64,000 nucleotides of DNA from Bdellovibrionaceae bacterium UBA3535 (GCA_002376845.1 DFOS01000026.1:66327-130326); one strand, 5' to 3'. Positions 46,931-58,752 are shown, counted from the first letter of the stretch. Made by a program: numbers and translations. The notes: generated by a model from the sequence alone, not told the origin.

Positions 46931-49222
46931 ATGAGCACGTTGGATAAAGAAGCACTGGAATACCATTCCAAGGGCCGGCCAGGCAAAATCGAGGTTCAAT
47001 CTACCAAGCCAACCGGTAGCCAACGCAACCTATCACTCGCTTACTCTCCTGGAGTTGCAGCCCCTTGTACAGCTATCGCCAAAGACCCCGCAAAGGTTTA
47101 TGATTATACCGCAAAAGGTAACTTGGTTGCGGTGATCTCTAATGGCACTGCCGTTTTAGGCTTGGGCAATATAGGAGCGGAAGCCAGCAAACCTGTTATG
47201 GAAGGTAAGGGCATACTCTTTAAACGCTTTGCCGACATTGATGTTTTTGACATTGAAATTCGAACCACCGATGTGGATGAGTTTATCAACACCGTGAAAA
47301 ACCTAGAGCCAACATTTGGCGGCATCAATCTTGAGGATATTAAGGCACCTGAGTGCTTTGAAATAGAAAGTCGTTTAAAAAAAGAACTGAACATCCCCGT
47401 TTTTCATGACGATCAACATGGTACGGCGATCATTACAGGGGCCGCCCTATTAAACGCTTGCGAAATTGGAAATAAAAAACTGGAAGACCTAAAAGTCGTG
47501 ATGAATGGTGCCGGAGCGGCCTCGGTGGCCTGTGCCGAAATCATCAAGTCCTTAGGAGTGAAAAAAGAAAACATCATTATGTGTGACTCTCGCGGTGTTA
47601 TTTATGAAGGCCGCAAAGATGGTATGAATGAATACAAACAGCGATTCGCTGTAAATACCAAAGCTCGTACTTTGGCCGATGCCTTTCAGGGTGCCGACTG
47701 CTTCATCGGTCTTAGTGTTGCCGGTGCTGTGAATGCCGATATGATTCGTTCCATGGCAGACTCTCCCATCGTTTTTGCCATGGCCAATCCAGAGCCTGAA
47801 ATTTTACCAAGTGAAGCACAAAAGGTGCGAGATGATATCATCATGGCAACGGGCCGAACCGACTTTCCCAATCAAGTAAACAATGTACTCGGCTTTCCTT
47901 TCATTTTTCGCGGTGCTCTAGATGTACGTGCCACTTCTATCAATGAAGAAATGAAGCTTGCTGCTGTACATGCTCTGGCAAGATTGGCAAAAGAAGATGT
48001 TCCCGAAAATGTATCGCAAGCTTATGCGGGCGAAAGCTTTCGCTTTGGACCTGATTATATTATTCCCAAACCTTTTGATTCCCGTGCGCTCTTATGGGTT
48101 GCCCCAGCTGTGGCAAAGGCTGCCATGGAATCGGGCGTAGCACAAAAGCCTATTGAGGATTTTGATGCTTACCGCGACCGGCTAGAGGCCATGCAAGGCA
48201 CTTCCCGCTCTTTTATCCGCTCGGCCATCAACCGAGTGAAATCTGCCTCCGTAAAAGACCAATCCCTACCTAAAATTTTGTTTCCTGACGGCTCTAGCTC
48301 GCGAATCCTAAAGGCCGCCAACATCATACAAGAAGAGGGCATTGCTACGCCAATTTTACTTGGCTATCCCGATGTGATCGAAGAGCGCATTAAGGGTCTG
48401 GAACTGCAAAATTTAGAGAATATAGAAATCATTCACCCTTCTCGTGACCCTCGGTATGAATCTTATAGTAAATCCTTTTACGAAAGGAAAAAGCGCAAGG
48501 GCGTCACCCATAATGAAGCCTTACGCCTGATGACAGACCCCTCTTATTTTGCAGCCATGGCTGTTGAAATGAACGACTATGATGCGGTCATTAGTGGTGC
48601 CTCACAAAATTATGCCGATGCCGTTCGGCCCATCTTGCGTACCATTGGTACCATTGAAGACGGCATTGCGGGCGGACTGATCATTATGGTATTCAAGGAC
48701 AAGGTACTATTTTTTGCCGACACTACCGTAAACATAGACCCTACTGCCGAGCAAATAGCTACCCTTTCCTTTTACGCAGCCGAGGTGGCCAATTACTTTG
48801 GTATTGCACCAAAAGTTTCCATGCTAAGCTTTTCCAATTTCACAGGTATGTATTCCAGCCCCCGAAAAATGAAAATGGCTGCTAAAATTGTTCAAGAACG
48901 CTGGCCAGAGATCATTGTGGATGGCGAGATGCAGGCAGACACGGCCGTAAACTCTGATATATCACAAAAGTTTTTCCCCTTTAATAACGTTAGTGACGGA
49001 GCTAATATTTTGATGTTCCCCAATCTAGACGCTGGGAACATCGCTTATAAACTGGTGCAACAGCTTAGTGATGGGGAAGTGCTCGGGCCATTCCTTATGG
49101 GTGCCAGAAGACCAGCCCACGTTTTGCAGCGTTCTTGCAGTGTGGAAGACATTGTAAATACAACGGCCGTTACAGCCCTACACGTGCAGTCGATTAAAAA
49201 TCTGCAAAAACGAGTCGAATGA
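46931..49222 (+). CDS. maeB: NADP-dependent malic enzyme (malic enzyme + phosphate acetyltransferase-like domain)
   Basis: About 763 aa. '[13 protein letters not shown]', '[15 protein letters not shown]', 'MNGAGAAS', and a PTA-like C-terminal half. AGGAGG lies 5 nt upstream of the ATG at 46931. Confidence 0.9.
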   Translation: MSTLDKEALEYHSKGRPGKIEVQSTKPTGSQRNLSLAYSPGVAAPCTAIAKDPAKVYDYTAKGNLVAVISNGTAVLGLGNIGAEASKPVMEGKGILFKRFADIDVFDIEIRTTDVDEFINTVKNLEPTFGGINLEDIKAPECFEIESRLKKELNIPVFHDDQHGTAIITGAALLNACEIGNKKLEDLKVVMNGAGAASVACAEIIKSLGVKKENIIMCDSRGVIYEGRKDGMNEYKQRFAVNTKARTLADAFQGADCFIGLSVAGAVNADMIRSMADSPIVFAMANPEPEILPSEAQKVRDDIIMATGRTDFPNQVNNVLGFPFIFRGALDVRATSINEEMKLAAVHALARLAKEDVPENVSQAYAGESFRFGPDYIIPKPFDSRALLWVAPAVAKAAMESGVAQKPIEDFDAYRDRLEAMQGTSRSFIRSAINRVKSASVKDQSLPKILFPDGSSSRILKAANIIQEEGIATPILLGYPDVIEERIKGLELQNLENIEIIHPSRDPRYESYSKSFYERKKRKGVTHNEALRLMTDPSYFAAMAVEMNDYDAVISGASQNYADAVRPILRTIGTIEDGIAGGLIIMVFKDKVLFFADTTVNIDPTAEQIATLSFYAAEVANYFGIAPKVSMLSFSNFTGMYSSPRKMKMAAKIVQERWPEIIVDGEMQADTAVNSDISQKFFPFNNVSDGANILMFPNLDAGNIAYKLVQQLSDGEVLGPFLMGARRPAHVLQRSCSVEDIVNTTAVTALHVQSIKNLQKRVE

Positions 49223-50508
49223 AAGGCGAACCACGCGATCAACTCGCAATTGAGAGAAAAAAACATGAACAACAACGAGCCATAGTTGTTGGGGTTGGCC
49301 TTAAAAAAGAAGATTCCAAGGAATACAAAGAAAGCCTACTCGAGTTGATAGAGCTCACCGAAACTGCAGGAGCTAAAGTTGTGGGTTCTACCTCACAGGT
49401 ATTAGAAAAATTTTCTGCACGGACTTTAATTGGCAAAGGCAAATTAATAGACATTCGAAAGCTTGTAGAAGATGCCGACGCCAACTTGGTGGTAATCGAT
49501 CACCAACTTTCTGGTTCGCAAAGCATGAATCTTGAAAAAGAACTAAAGGTTGCGGTAATCGATAGAACCCAAGTTATTTTGGATATATTTGCCAAACGAG
49601 CGCAAAGTCATGAGGGGAAATTACAAGTAGAATTGGCGCAAATATTGGACCAACTCCCCCGCATGGTTGGTGCTTGGATGGGCTCTTTGTCTCGACAAGG
49701 CGGTGGAATTGGCACGCAGGGGCCTGGGGAAACGGCATTGGAATTAGATCGCCGCCGTATCCGCAAAAGAGTGGACCAATTGCGCAAGCAGCTCAAAGAA
49801 GTACAAAAACGCCGTAGTCAGCACCGGCAAAGCCGACGTAAAAACCGTATTCCCACTTTTGCTTTGATTGGCTATACCAATGCTGGCAAAAGTGCTTTGA
49901 TGAACGCTCTTACAAATGCAGAGACTTTCACGGAAAACCAAGTATTTGCCACCCTGGACCCAACAACTCGTAAAGTTTATTTAGAAGGCGGTCCAGAAGC
50001 GGTAATCACCGATACCGTGGGCTTTATACGCCGTTTACCTACAAAACTCATCGAGGCCTTTAAAGCCACCTTAGAAGAAAGTGCTGAGGCCGACGTGCTC
50101 TTGCATGTCATTGATCTTTCAAGTGATAATATGCAACGCCACCAGGAGGTAGTAGACAACTTAATACTTGAATTTAAGTGGACCAATAAACCCATTATAT
50201 ATGTCTACAACAAAGTCGATTTATGCAGTGAGAAACAAAAACTACTCGCCAATGGCTATCCCCGCGTTTTTGTTAGCGCCCTGGAAAATACAGGACTAGA
50301 GGATTTAAAGACTGCTATGCGCATGGCTCTTGAGTCCAACAAAAAAGATGTGGAATTATTCATCCCATTGAATGAATCCCATTTAATCTATGATTTAAGC
50401 CGAGAAATTGACATCAAAAAGCAAGAAGAGGGCACAACAGGCACCATTATAAAAGCTAAACTAACCGAAGCACAAATTCAAAAATGGGGTATCTACATTC
50501 AATCTTAG
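49219..50508 (+). CDS. hflX: GTPase HflX
   Basis: 429 aa. The HflX N-domain has '[12 protein letters not shown]' and '[14 protein letters not shown]'. G1 is '[16 protein letters not shown]' and G3 is 'DTVGFI'. 4-nt overlap with the maeB stop. Confidence 0.9.
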   Translation: MKGEPRDQLAIERKKHEQQRAIVVGVGLKKEDSKEYKESLLELIELTETAGAKVVGSTSQVLEKFSARTLIGKGKLIDIRKLVEDADANLVVIDHQLSGSQSMNLEKELKVAVIDRTQVILDIFAKRAQSHEGKLQVELAQILDQLPRMVGAWMGSLSRQGGGIGTQGPGETALELDRRRIRKRVDQLRKQLKEVQKRRSQHRQSRRKNRIPTFALIGYTNAGKSALMNALTNAETFTENQVFATLDPTTRKVYLEGGPEAVITDTVGFIRRLPTKLIEAFKATLEESAEADVLLHVIDLSSDNMQRHQEVVDNLILEFKWTNKPIIYVYNKVDLCSEKQKLLANGYPRVFVSALENTGLEDLKTAMRMALESNKKDVELFIPLNESHLIYDLSREIDIKKQEEGTTGTIIKAKLTEAQIQKWGIYIQS

Positions 50509-51728
50509 TTATTCAATTCTTGCCTGCGCGGTCTAGAACCAGCAAAATAGAGAACTGAGGGAACTTCCAGGTTTATAAATTCTCCCACAAAATCTACTTC
50601 TTCATTTAGGTCAGGATCAATTACAAACAAGCGTATTCGATGCGTATCTTTATTAAAGTTACCTTTCGCAACGGCAGCACGTTCGCCTCCAGGATCATCC
50701 ACAAGCTCCGGAATCTCTACACCCCATTCCAATTGATATACAATTTTTCCCAAACGATTGTACCAGTAATAAACCTCAAGACTTCCTAAATGATATTCAT
50801 AATCTCGGTTATCCCAACGCACGGACAAATTACCATATTTTACACCATTGCGATTATTGATAATCAGCCGCATGTCCATGGGACTACGAATGGTCTCCTG
50901 CAAGACAAAGGTCTCCTCAGGATTGAGAAGATAGGTTTGCAAGAACGCTAGGGCTTCTCCTTGCATATCACTATTGTTTAGAATTTTTAAATTTTGATGT
51001 AGATATAAGGATCTTAAAAACTGCGTTTCTTCATCTTCTGGCATACGCTGTTTGAACATAACACCAGCAGACATTAAGCCGCTTTGCATTCGGTTGGTCC
51101 AAACCGCTCCCGAGGAATACAATAAATATTGTGGCATATAAAATTCACTAGTGCGCCACTCTCGAATGAGCCATATCTCCTCATCTTGATTTGAATAAAT
51201 CAAAATCGATGGGTACTTGCACTTGCCAATTTTGTTTTTCTGATAGCCTTTTTTAAAAGAAAAGACCTTACGCTCTGGATAGCTTATCATTAGTTTGTTT
51301 GAGGCAAATGCAACTTGCTGCTCAAAGGCATGCATATTGTAAAAGTAGGTAATTCTAGATTCATGGTTAGGCTTTACCAGTTCCAAGGGCTGGTGCTCTT
51401 CAATATAAGCTCGCCAATCTGGAATATTGGAATCTTTCGGATAGTATTCACACTCGCTCGTGGGATCAAACATATCTTCTTTTTTTTGATCCGCAATAAG
51501 TTCCAAGCGACGAGTCGACTTCGTATCCACCAATTCCTCATGACTTTGAAAATCTTGACTCTTTAAAGAGGAATTGGGTTTAGACATATCACTTTCTTTT
51601 GCAGCCTTGTCCTGGCTAGATATTTCTTTCTGCCGCTCCTTATAGGACTCTTCTTGCCCAGGTCTGTATTCTGGCCCTTGCCTAGAACATGCCATACACA
51701 ATAATATTATGCTAAGACGCTTGATCAT
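50505..51728 (-). CDS. Lipoprotein of unknown function (third gene of envelope operon)
   Basis: 407 aa, lipobox 'LLCMACS'. The start overlaps the end of the 904-aa gene by 17 nt. Confidence 0.6.
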   Translation of the reverse strand: MIKRLSIILLCMACSRQGPEYRPGQEESYKERQKEISSQDKAAKESDMSKPNSSLKSQDFQSHEELVDTKSTRRLELIADQKKEDMFDPTSECEYYPKDSNIPDWRAYIEEHQPLELVKPNHESRITYFYNMHAFEQQVAFASNKLMISYPERKVFSFKKGYQKNKIGKCKYPSILIYSNQDEEIWLIREWRTSEFYMPQYLLYSSGAVWTNRMQSGLMSAGVMFKQRMPEDEETQFLRSLYLHQNLKILNNSDMQGEALAFLQTYLLNPEETFVLQETIRSPMDMRLIINNRNGVKYGNLSVRWDNRDYEYHLGSLEVYYWYNRLGKIVYQLEWGVEIPELVDDPGGERAAVAKGNFNKDTHRIRLFVIDPDLNEEVDFVGEFINLEVPSVLYFAGSRPRRQELNN

Positions 51729-54426
51729 TGATAAACCTCTCTAAGAAAGCCTCATAGGCTTGGATTCGCTCTTGCAATTGCTGATCAGATTTTAATGTCC
51801 ACCAAGGAAATCGGCTTTGCGAGTTTCCACATTCATAAAAACCCTCTGAATCTTTGCAAATACTTTTTCTTAAGTTTTTTAAAGCCATTAATATTTCGCT
51901 GGCCTCGTAATAGGTAAAATTTTTGTTTTTAATTTTATACAAGCCTGTATCCTTATCCACTAAGTGATTATTGGCTGCATAGTATAAATCAAAGGATAAC
52001 CACAAAAATATTCTCGCATCCCACATCTTGTAAATTTCTCTTGTCACTTGCATCCATTTCATTTGGCCTAACAAAGAAACTTCCCCCGTTTCTGAAAGAG
52101 AGGAATCAATATTATGACTGGCCTCTACCAGCCCTTCTTCATTCACCATATTGTTTGCAAAATACAATCCTAGTCCGTACAAAAACTTCTTCAAAATGGG
52201 AATTGTCTCCACAAGCGTTTGCCTGTCCCTAGGCTCGCCATCGATCAATACAGAAAGCAATCCAGATTTTGCGTACTGCAAACGGTCGGTTTCCGCGATA
52301 AACTCTTGCATAGCTATGCCAAAATCTGCCAGCTCTTCACTTGTCACAATAGATATCAAACCATTTTTTTTGCGTGAATAAGGAACCACGGCTCGAGCCC
52401 CATCTGAGGCCTCAATGATATCATCATTATGAATTTGTGCACGATCCATATTTTTATCAATAAACAATAGACCATTTTTTGTTAGATTTTCTAAGACAAT
52501 GATGGCAGAGCCTAAAGACAAATCAAACAATGGCACTTTAGGAAAAACATGAAAGTCCATGAACGCATAAGAGGTAAAGCGCCGATCATAAGAATTAACA
52601 TTGTAGTCAGCAAAGAATGATAACTGCTTCGTTGCGGCCCTTAACAAAGAAGCCATTCCACCAACGGATTGCATATAAGACTTACTAGGATAAGCCTTAT
52701 AGCCTTGTTCAATTTTTATATTGTCCGGGATAGCAAAAACACCCGATTCTTGCCGGTAAGTATAAATATCCATATAAGGGGTCTCTGTAGGGGTAAAGGG
52801 CCGATGAAGGTTGGGGTAAAGTTGCCCCTCCATATTACGATAGCCAAAAGCCGCAACCAAACGATTGATAAAAGAAAAAGCCATATAATTGTACTGCTTC
52901 TGTTGCGGCTTGTTGTATTTATCTACATTCTCCAACCAGAGAATATTGCTAATAATACCCTGGCCGATTTCTTTACCGCCAGTATGAAACTCATATAGAT
53001 CACTTTTGGCATCAATGGGCCAAGTCATTTGCTTGGATTCAAAGCCGGACAAATGGGAGTGACCATGCATGAAATCTTCTTGAATCTTTTCTGCAGCCAA
53101 TTCATAGACTTCCTGTTTAAAATTTGTATACAGATTGTCATTAAAAGAGCGAAAGCCTCCCAATGCCAAATTACCTATAAGATCTGGAAGCTTTAAATAA
53201 AAAGTCTCCAACTGTTCTGTGATGGCTTGATCCGCTATTTGCGTAATGTTCTTTTCCCAATCCTTGGTGGTTTTCGGTTTTATAAAGTAAAAAGCACCAT
53301 CTGAGAGCCACCTAAGAGTAGACCCACTCCAAGACTCTGGGTTTTCATTTCCAAGAGTTCTTACTAGATTGTATCTCTTCACCGCAGCCCGCAAATAACT
53401 ATGGTATTCTTCCGGAATATTTTCGACAAATTGTGGAAAATAAAACTCAAATGTGGCCTTATGCTTCCAATCAGCTGCAAGTAAGCCTTGCTCGGCATTG
53501 AACTTATTAAAAATATAAGAAAAAGCATTTGCCAAAAACAAACGGTAGTTTTTCGCTGTAGGTTCATTTTTATAGGAAATCAAATCCTTCGGAATATCCA
53601 ATACATTCGTTAATTCTTGTTTTTGAACTTCATCGATAAAATTTAAATCCATAAGAATCGCTATCATTCGCTCAAGTCTTCGAACAAGCTCTTCCACTGC
53701 CATATTCTCTTGATCAAAATCAACTAAGTCGAGCACTTCATCAAAAGAGGCTTGTTTTTCTTGTAGCAAGACTTCAAAGGTCTCTACGACCGTATCCGAA
53801 ATCCCATAATCGCGCATATTGCCCGGCAGTTCATTCACTTGTTTCAACATTGCTAAGACCGCTTGCTTAGCATTGCTAAACTCATGTCTTGTGGGTTTTA
53901 CTGAGGATAAATACTGCTGCATTCCACTTAATGCTGATAGCTCCGTGCTTTGACTTGCAAGCCGATTCAAAACCTCATATTTTTCTAGATCGTTATGCTT
54001 AAGGTTCCATTTGTAGAAAAACTCTTCCATTAGTTTTTCTTGTTTCCTACCATTTTCCATAAAAGCATTCATTACATCAGCACTAAAGAGAGCTATTGCA
54101 GCTTTCACATAAGCAGCATTCTGAATTTCTACCTGTGTAACGGAATCTGACTTAGTATAAAAATCATAGAGCATTTTAGTTGTTTTTTCATTTTCTGGAT
54201 ACAAGACCAAAAGATTTTCAATGGTTTTTAGAAACTCAAAAGTATCGATATACTTGAAGTCATTTAATTGTGGAGATTCTAGGTTCGGTGACTTAATCTC
54301 GCTATAATACTTGTCGTTATTAACCGGACCAAAGATTTCTTTTTTTGAGCTCTTTGAATAAGGTTCCGGCTCCTTCGAGCAGGACACTAAGACGAAAATG
54401 CAAGAAAGAAAAACTATACGCATCAT
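51712..54426 (-). CDS. Large lipoprotein of unknown function (904 aa)
   Basis: Lipobox 'VLVSCSK'. The ATG overlaps the stop of the upstream barrel gene by 1 nt (TAATG). No family motif recognised. Confidence 0.6.
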   Translation of the reverse strand: MMRIVFLSCIFVLVSCSKEPEPYSKSSKKEIFGPVNNDKYYSEIKSPNLESPQLNDFKYIDTFEFLKTIENLLVLYPENEKTTKMLYDFYTKSDSVTQVEIQNAAYVKAAIALFSADVMNAFMENGRKQEKLMEEFFYKWNLKHNDLEKYEVLNRLASQSTELSALSGMQQYLSSVKPTRHEFSNAKQAVLAMLKQVNELPGNMRDYGISDTVVETFEVLLQEKQASFDEVLDLVDFDQENMAVEELVRRLERMIAILMDLNFIDEVQKQELTNVLDIPKDLISYKNEPTAKNYRLFLANAFSYIFNKFNAEQGLLAADWKHKATFEFYFPQFVENIPEEYHSYLRAAVKRYNLVRTLGNENPESWSGSTLRWLSDGAFYFIKPKTTKDWEKNITQIADQAITEQLETFYLKLPDLIGNLALGGFRSFNDNLYTNFKQEVYELAAEKIQEDFMHGHSHLSGFESKQMTWPIDAKSDLYEFHTGGKEIGQGIISNILWLENVDKYNKPQQKQYNYMAFSFINRLVAAFGYRNMEGQLYPNLHRPFTPTETPYMDIYTYRQESGVFAIPDNIKIEQGYKAYPSKSYMQSVGGMASLLRAATKQLSFFADYNVNSYDRRFTSYAFMDFHVFPKVPLFDLSLGSAIIVLENLTKNGLLFIDKNMDRAQIHNDDIIEASDGARAVVPYSRKKNGLISIVTSEELADFGIAMQEFIAETDRLQYAKSGLLSVLIDGEPRDRQTLVETIPILKKFLYGLGLYFANNMVNEEGLVEASHNIDSSLSETGEVSLLGQMKWMQVTREIYKMWDARIFLWLSFDLYYAANNHLVDKDTGLYKIKNKNFTYYEASEILMALKNLRKSICKDSEGFYECGNSQSRFPWWTLKSDQQLQERIQAYEAFLERFINDQAS

Positions 54427-55649
54427 TAGAAAAACACCATCATTGTCAATTCATGGGATTTTTGTTTGTCCACATTTCGGCCTGAAATTATATCACTATA
54501 GCGATATGTGATCCCATAAGGAAAAGCCGCGGCTTTATTTAAAAAAGCCTCAACGCTAGAATACGAAAGACCCAGTTCTATCTTGTGAAATAATGTATCC
54601 GAATTTTCTGACAGCAAGGCGTAATCATATCCTCTATCGCCATTGTAGTAATCAGCAGCTTTGTATTCACCAATATATGCTGCGGCTGTTGACCAAGAAG
54701 AGGTCCACTTAGTTCTATAGCTAGTTTCCCATCGGAAGGCATCGCCTCGGTCTCGCTCCACCCGCTCTTTGCGCTCTTCTGCAGGAAGATAATCACCCGA
54801 GTAACTGGGAACACGTTTATTAATATCATCAGCAATGTTCCACTGATAGGTCAGCGCAGTGCCAATGGTATTTCGCGCATCCAAGTGAAAATCCTGAACC
54901 TGTGTGAATTCAATATAACGGCGGTGAAAAATAGGAATGTCTATGAGAGAGTCCGGATCATCTTCTGGTCCTGTTGGCAAATTGAATAAAACTTTATTTA
55001 ACAGGGTCCATTTTGGCGAATCATAATAGCGGTACTTACTGATAACTTGCAAATCTCCTATCTGCCAGGATTCATCTGCTTGCAAGGGTTTGTAATTACG
55101 ATCCTGCAGAAAATCCTTAAAACTTTGTACCAAATCAATATCTAGGAGCTTCTCAAATTCCTTCCGGTCCGCTTCTTCAAGTATGCCGCTGCCCATAGAC
55201 TGATAAATTTCTTTTGCATTATTATAGCCGCCGCTTCGAACCACTATATCTGCTTTTAACTGGGTTATTGGCGCACCAACACCAAGGGTCCATTTATCCG
55301 AGATACCATAAGCAAAAATAGGAGCTGAATAATTGACATAGGCATCACCACTGAAGCGCAGCTCACCAAGCTGTAATTTCTGGCCCATTGCGTACTTTTG
55401 TACCAAGGAGTTGTTCAAGCCATTGATCAGCTCGGGGGCACGCGGGTGAACTTTCAGTATTTCGGTAGCATCGAAATTTCTAGAAAGTCGAGAGTCCAAA
55501 CTATAAAGCGCGTTATCATCACCAAATTTATTGGTGATGCCGCCAACACGTCCCTGCTTCCACATAAACGAGCGCACACCCTTGGGCAGGACCTGTGTAT
55601 CTTCAATGGCAAAACTAAATAAGCTAATAAACAGCAGAATAACTAACAT
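54426..55649 (-). CDS. Putative outer-membrane beta-barrel protein of unknown family
   Basis: 407 aa. Hydrophobic N-terminus 'MLVILLFISLFSFA', alternating-polarity beta-strand-like segments rich in Y/G/S/T, and a C-terminal '...HELTMMVFF' (aromatic terminal residue). Confidence 0.5.
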   Translation of the reverse strand: MLVILLFISLFSFAIEDTQVLPKGVRSFMWKQGRVGGITNKFGDDNALYSLDSRLSRNFDATEILKVHPRAPELINGLNNSLVQKYAMGQKLQLGELRFSGDAYVNYSAPIFAYGISDKWTLGVGAPITQLKADIVVRSGGYNNAKEIYQSMGSGILEEADRKEFEKLLDIDLVQSFKDFLQDRNYKPLQADESWQIGDLQVISKYRYYDSPKWTLLNKVLFNLPTGPEDDPDSLIDIPIFHRRYIEFTQVQDFHLDARNTIGTALTYQWNIADDINKRVPSYSGDYLPAEERKERVERDRGDAFRWETSYRTKWTSSWSTAAAYIGEYKAADYYNGDRGYDYALLSENSDTLFHKIELGLSYSSVEAFLNKAAAFPYGITYRYSDIISGRNVDKQKSHELTMMVFF

Positions 55650-56032
55650 AACGAACCCTAGGGGTGAGGCATCTCTAAAAAAACTGAAAAAATATTATAA
55701 GTCAGACTGCCACCCTATTCGAAAACACTTCCCAAACAGACTGCCCAGTAGGCGCTAAGAAGGCAATGTTGATGCTAGCGAAGAGTAAAAATTGTAGCGT
55801 CTTCTAGCGCACTTTTTCTAATGAGATTTTCCATAAAGATTTCAATGCCTTACAAGCCCTTCCTAATGATGAAAAACTACGATTTTGTGTATTTTTTGCC
55901 TAATTCCACTAGGATTAGCAAAATATGAGTTTTTTTTACATTTTTCCCGACCAAAGCAGGGCTCAGCATTTGCCCAATGGCATGCCAGAAGGGCAAAATA
56001 TCATTAAGAAAAACAAGCATCTAGGAGTTCGC

Positions 56033-56863
56033 GTGTTGAAAGTTATAAGTATTATTCTTTGTATTCTATTCCTTCAATCCGAGGCATGGGCCGGCAAGAT
56101 TTTACGCAAAAAAGGTCGCACCGTGATTGTGGATGTTCGAGGTAAAAGCGTGCAGCAAGGTGATAAACTTTCTGTTTTCTTCCGCGGAAAAAAGCGTGGT
56201 GTTCTGCGCGTAAGTAAAATCAATCGCAGCGGCAGCAAGGCCATGGCAAAAGTTATCATGGGCAAAGCTAATAAGGGCTGGATGGCAGAGTTAGAAAACG
56301 AAATGATGTATGAACCGCAACAAGCAGCTAGTAAAAAAAGAGATGCTGGTAAAAAAATGCATTGGGGGGCCATGTTTGGAATATCCCAAGATAGCGCCAG
56401 CGTCAGTACCCTTGAAGAGGATCTTAGCGGAAGCGGCTTAAGCCTTTTAGGCACTTTGGATTATGGCTTTACCAGTAGCATACAATTGCGTGCTAAAGCC
56501 GGTTTAAAACAGTTTAAAACCGAAGGCACCACCAGTACCTCCAATTGTTCGGGAGAATCTAACTGCGTTCTGGATATTAATTATTTAAATTTTGAGGGAA
56601 TGGGACAGTACTACTTGAACGATTCACGTTACGCATTTTGGTTAGGTGCAGGAGCTGTTATTTCCCACCCCATCTCGGATGATACAAATGTCGTTGACAG
56701 TGACACCATCGAAACCACAAGCGGTTTTCAATTGGGCGGCGGAGTTGATATTGGCATGCAAAAGGGTGCTTATATTCCTGTAGAAATCTCGTATGTAATG
56801 ATGAATACCTCAGATGATGTAGAGCCCAGTTATTTAAGTATTACTTTTGGCTATATGTTTTAA
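56033..56863 (+). CDS. Outer-membrane beta-barrel protein (OmpA-like/porin-family barrel) with basic N-terminal domain
   Basis: A GTG at 56033 (AGGAG 5 nt upstream) gives the signal peptide '(M)LKVISIILCILFLQSEAWA'. The C-terminal '...YLSITFGYMF' is a typical barrel terminus. The track ORF start at 55925 is probably too long. Confidence 0.55.
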   Translation: MLKVISIILCILFLQSEAWAGKILRKKGRTVIVDVRGKSVQQGDKLSVFFRGKKRGVLRVSKINRSGSKAMAKVIMGKANKGWMAELENEMMYEPQQAASKKRDAGKKMHWGAMFGISQDSASVSTLEEDLSGSGLSLLGTLDYGFTSSIQLRAKAGLKQFKTEGTTSTSNCSGESNCVLDINYLNFEGMGQYYLNDSRYAFWLGAGAVISHPISDDTNVVDSDTIETTSGFQLGGGVDIGMQKGAYIPVEISYVMMNTSDDVEPSYLSITFGYMF

Positions 56864-58698
56864 CCCATTACCAATTGTGAGATCAGTTGGCGAATAGAAT
56901 TGAGCATACGTCGTTTATGCTCGGTAAACTGGATACCATATTTTTTACCACCATCGGACCAAACCACTTTACCCTTCACTTCTACTTCGCCACTACCATC
57001 AGGTTTTTGAATGCACATAGTTACAACAGAGCCACTATTGATTAGCTCATCCACATCAATGCCGGCTCCGCCAAGTGATAAAGACTCCATGGCACCAACC
57101 AATTCCTTATTACCAACTTTCACTTTCATATTGGATTGCACTTCAAATCGCTCGTATTGGCGTCTATAAGTATCTTGTCTAAGAACAAATAAAATCACTA
57201 ACGGCAATAAAAGTAGACCTAGCAAAACCATACTACCAAAGCCCTTACCATTACTTCCGCCTTTGCCCAACTTTGATACCATTCCACAACCGCCTGCGGA
57301 TGTTTCAGCTGAGGCTGGACCACGATCAAACGCCGAATAATTGACCGAGTAACTTGGTTGCGACGAGGCAACACTGACCCCCTGAGAGGTTAAGACAGCA
57401 CCATTGGCATTCAAACGTTTGCCAGAAATTGTATAGTTACTTAAAGAAGAAATATTATTGGAAGCATCAGTAATCACTTCTTTTAACTGAAAGGAATTCA
57501 TCGAAGGCTGCTCTCTTAAAATCATGGCGGCAACCCCAGATACAAAAGGAGCTGCCATGGAAGTGCCACTCATATAAGTATAGAAATTACCCGGATAAGT
57601 GGAATAAATAGCGGAGCCTGGTGCCGCCATATGCACCGTGCTCGAACCATAATTTGAAAAATATGAGATCTGGTCATTGGATTGGGTCGAGGCCACACTT
57701 ATCACATTAGGCGCATCATAGTTTGCAGGAAACATGGGGTAAACATCATTATTGGAAGCCGCGTTTCCTGCAGCGGCTACCACAGGTATACTACGGTTGT
57801 AGGCATACGCAATGGCATCATGAAGTGATCTTGAGTAGGAACCGCCACCCCAAGAATTATTTAAAACCGATGCGCCATTGTTGATGGCATAATAGATTCC
57901 CTTAATCGCATCAGAAGTGGTACCATTGCCATCTGCACCTAAAAATTTAACTGCCATGATTCTTACGCGCGATTCATAACCATCAGCACAATCTCCTCCA
58001 CTCGGAGCCACCTCAGGTGACGCAAGAATGTCTTGAGTAGCACCTAACGCAATTCCTGCCACATGGGTTCCATGTCCATCATCATCATAGGGAGCACCAT
58101 CATTGTTGTAAAAATCATAACCATGAATATCGTCAACATATCCATTGCCATCGTCATCAACTCCAGCGCTACCATTTTTCTCTAAAGTATTCTCCCACAT
58201 CGCACACCAGCGAGTAAATGCCGTATGGGTATAATCGACACCCGTATCAATCACTGCAATAATAGGTCTTACCGAAGTATCGCTTAAGTTGTCCCATGCC
58301 TCATCGGCTTGTATGGGAGCAGAGGTCTGCGAGAAGCTGCCATCAATTGTGGAGCTCGCAAGGGATGAAAACTCCAGCTCTGTAAGCAACTCCCCTCGCA
58401 CACCCACTTGCTCGGTTTTACTAACTATATAATTGGGTTCTACATATTCTACGCTAGGGTCATTGGCCATTTCTGCAATCATCTCATCCACAGACTGCCC
58501 CGCTGCGGCTTTGTAATGGTGCATTTTCATGGAAGTCCATGCCCCCTTCATTCTTACCTTGGCTTTCGAAGACAGGCGCTTGTTAAAACTCGACATGGTG
58601 GTCTTTGAGGTTTGGTTCTTAAACTTCACAATAACTTCACCTGGCACATAATTTTGCGCCATAAGAAAAGATGAATATAGTATGGTGAGAAAGACCAA
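56860..58698 (-). CDS. Subtilisin-like S8 serine protease with Cys-containing sorting-signal-like segment, TM helix and C-terminal PilZ-like domain
   Basis: Catalytic motifs 'AVIDTGVDYTH', 'HGTHVAGIA' and 'SGTSMAAPFVSG'. These are followed by '...SAGGCGMVSKLGKGGSNGKGFGS', the TM helix 'MVLLGLLLLPLVILFVL', and a 106-aa tail with 'RRQYER' and 'SLSLGGAG'. TTG start with an AAGGGG SD. Confidence 0.8.
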   Translation of the reverse strand: MVFLTILYSSFLMAQNYVPGEVIVKFKNQTSKTTMSSFNKRLSSKAKVRMKGAWTSMKMHHYKAAAGQSVDEMIAEMANDPSVEYVEPNYIVSKTEQVGVRGELLTELEFSSLASSTIDGSFSQTSAPIQADEAWDNLSDTSVRPIIAVIDTGVDYTHTAFTRWCAMWENTLEKNGSAGVDDDGNGYVDDIHGYDFYNNDGAPYDDDGHGTHVAGIALGATQDILASPEVAPSGGDCADGYESRVRIMAVKFLGADGNGTTSDAIKGIYYAINNGASVLNNSWGGGSYSRSLHDAIAYAYNRSIPVVAAAGNAASNNDVYPMFPANYDAPNVISVASTQSNDQISYFSNYGSSTVHMAAPGSAIYSTYPGNFYTYMSGTSMAAPFVSGVAAMILREQPSMNSFQLKEVITDASNNISSLSNYTISGKRLNANGAVLTSQGVSVASSQPSYSVNYSAFDRGPASAETSAGGCGMVSKLGKGGSNGKGFGSMVLLGLLLLPLVILFVLRQDTYRRQYERFEVQSNMKVKVGNKELVGAMESLSLGGAGIDVDELINSGSVVTMCIQKPDGSGEVEVKGKVVWSDGGKKYGIQFTEHKRRMLNSIRQLISQLVMG

Positions 58699-58724
58699 AA
58701 AATACCCCTTGCTTGACCTAAGTC

Positions 58725-58752
58725 TTATCGGCTTTGGTCCAGGGAACTTGAG
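58725..58752 (-). promoter_or_regulatory. Sigma-28 (FliA)-type promoter
   Basis: The minus strand reads CTCAAGTT-N11-GCCGATAA (perfect -10), about 26 nt upstream of the TTG start at 58698. Confidence 0.55.
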
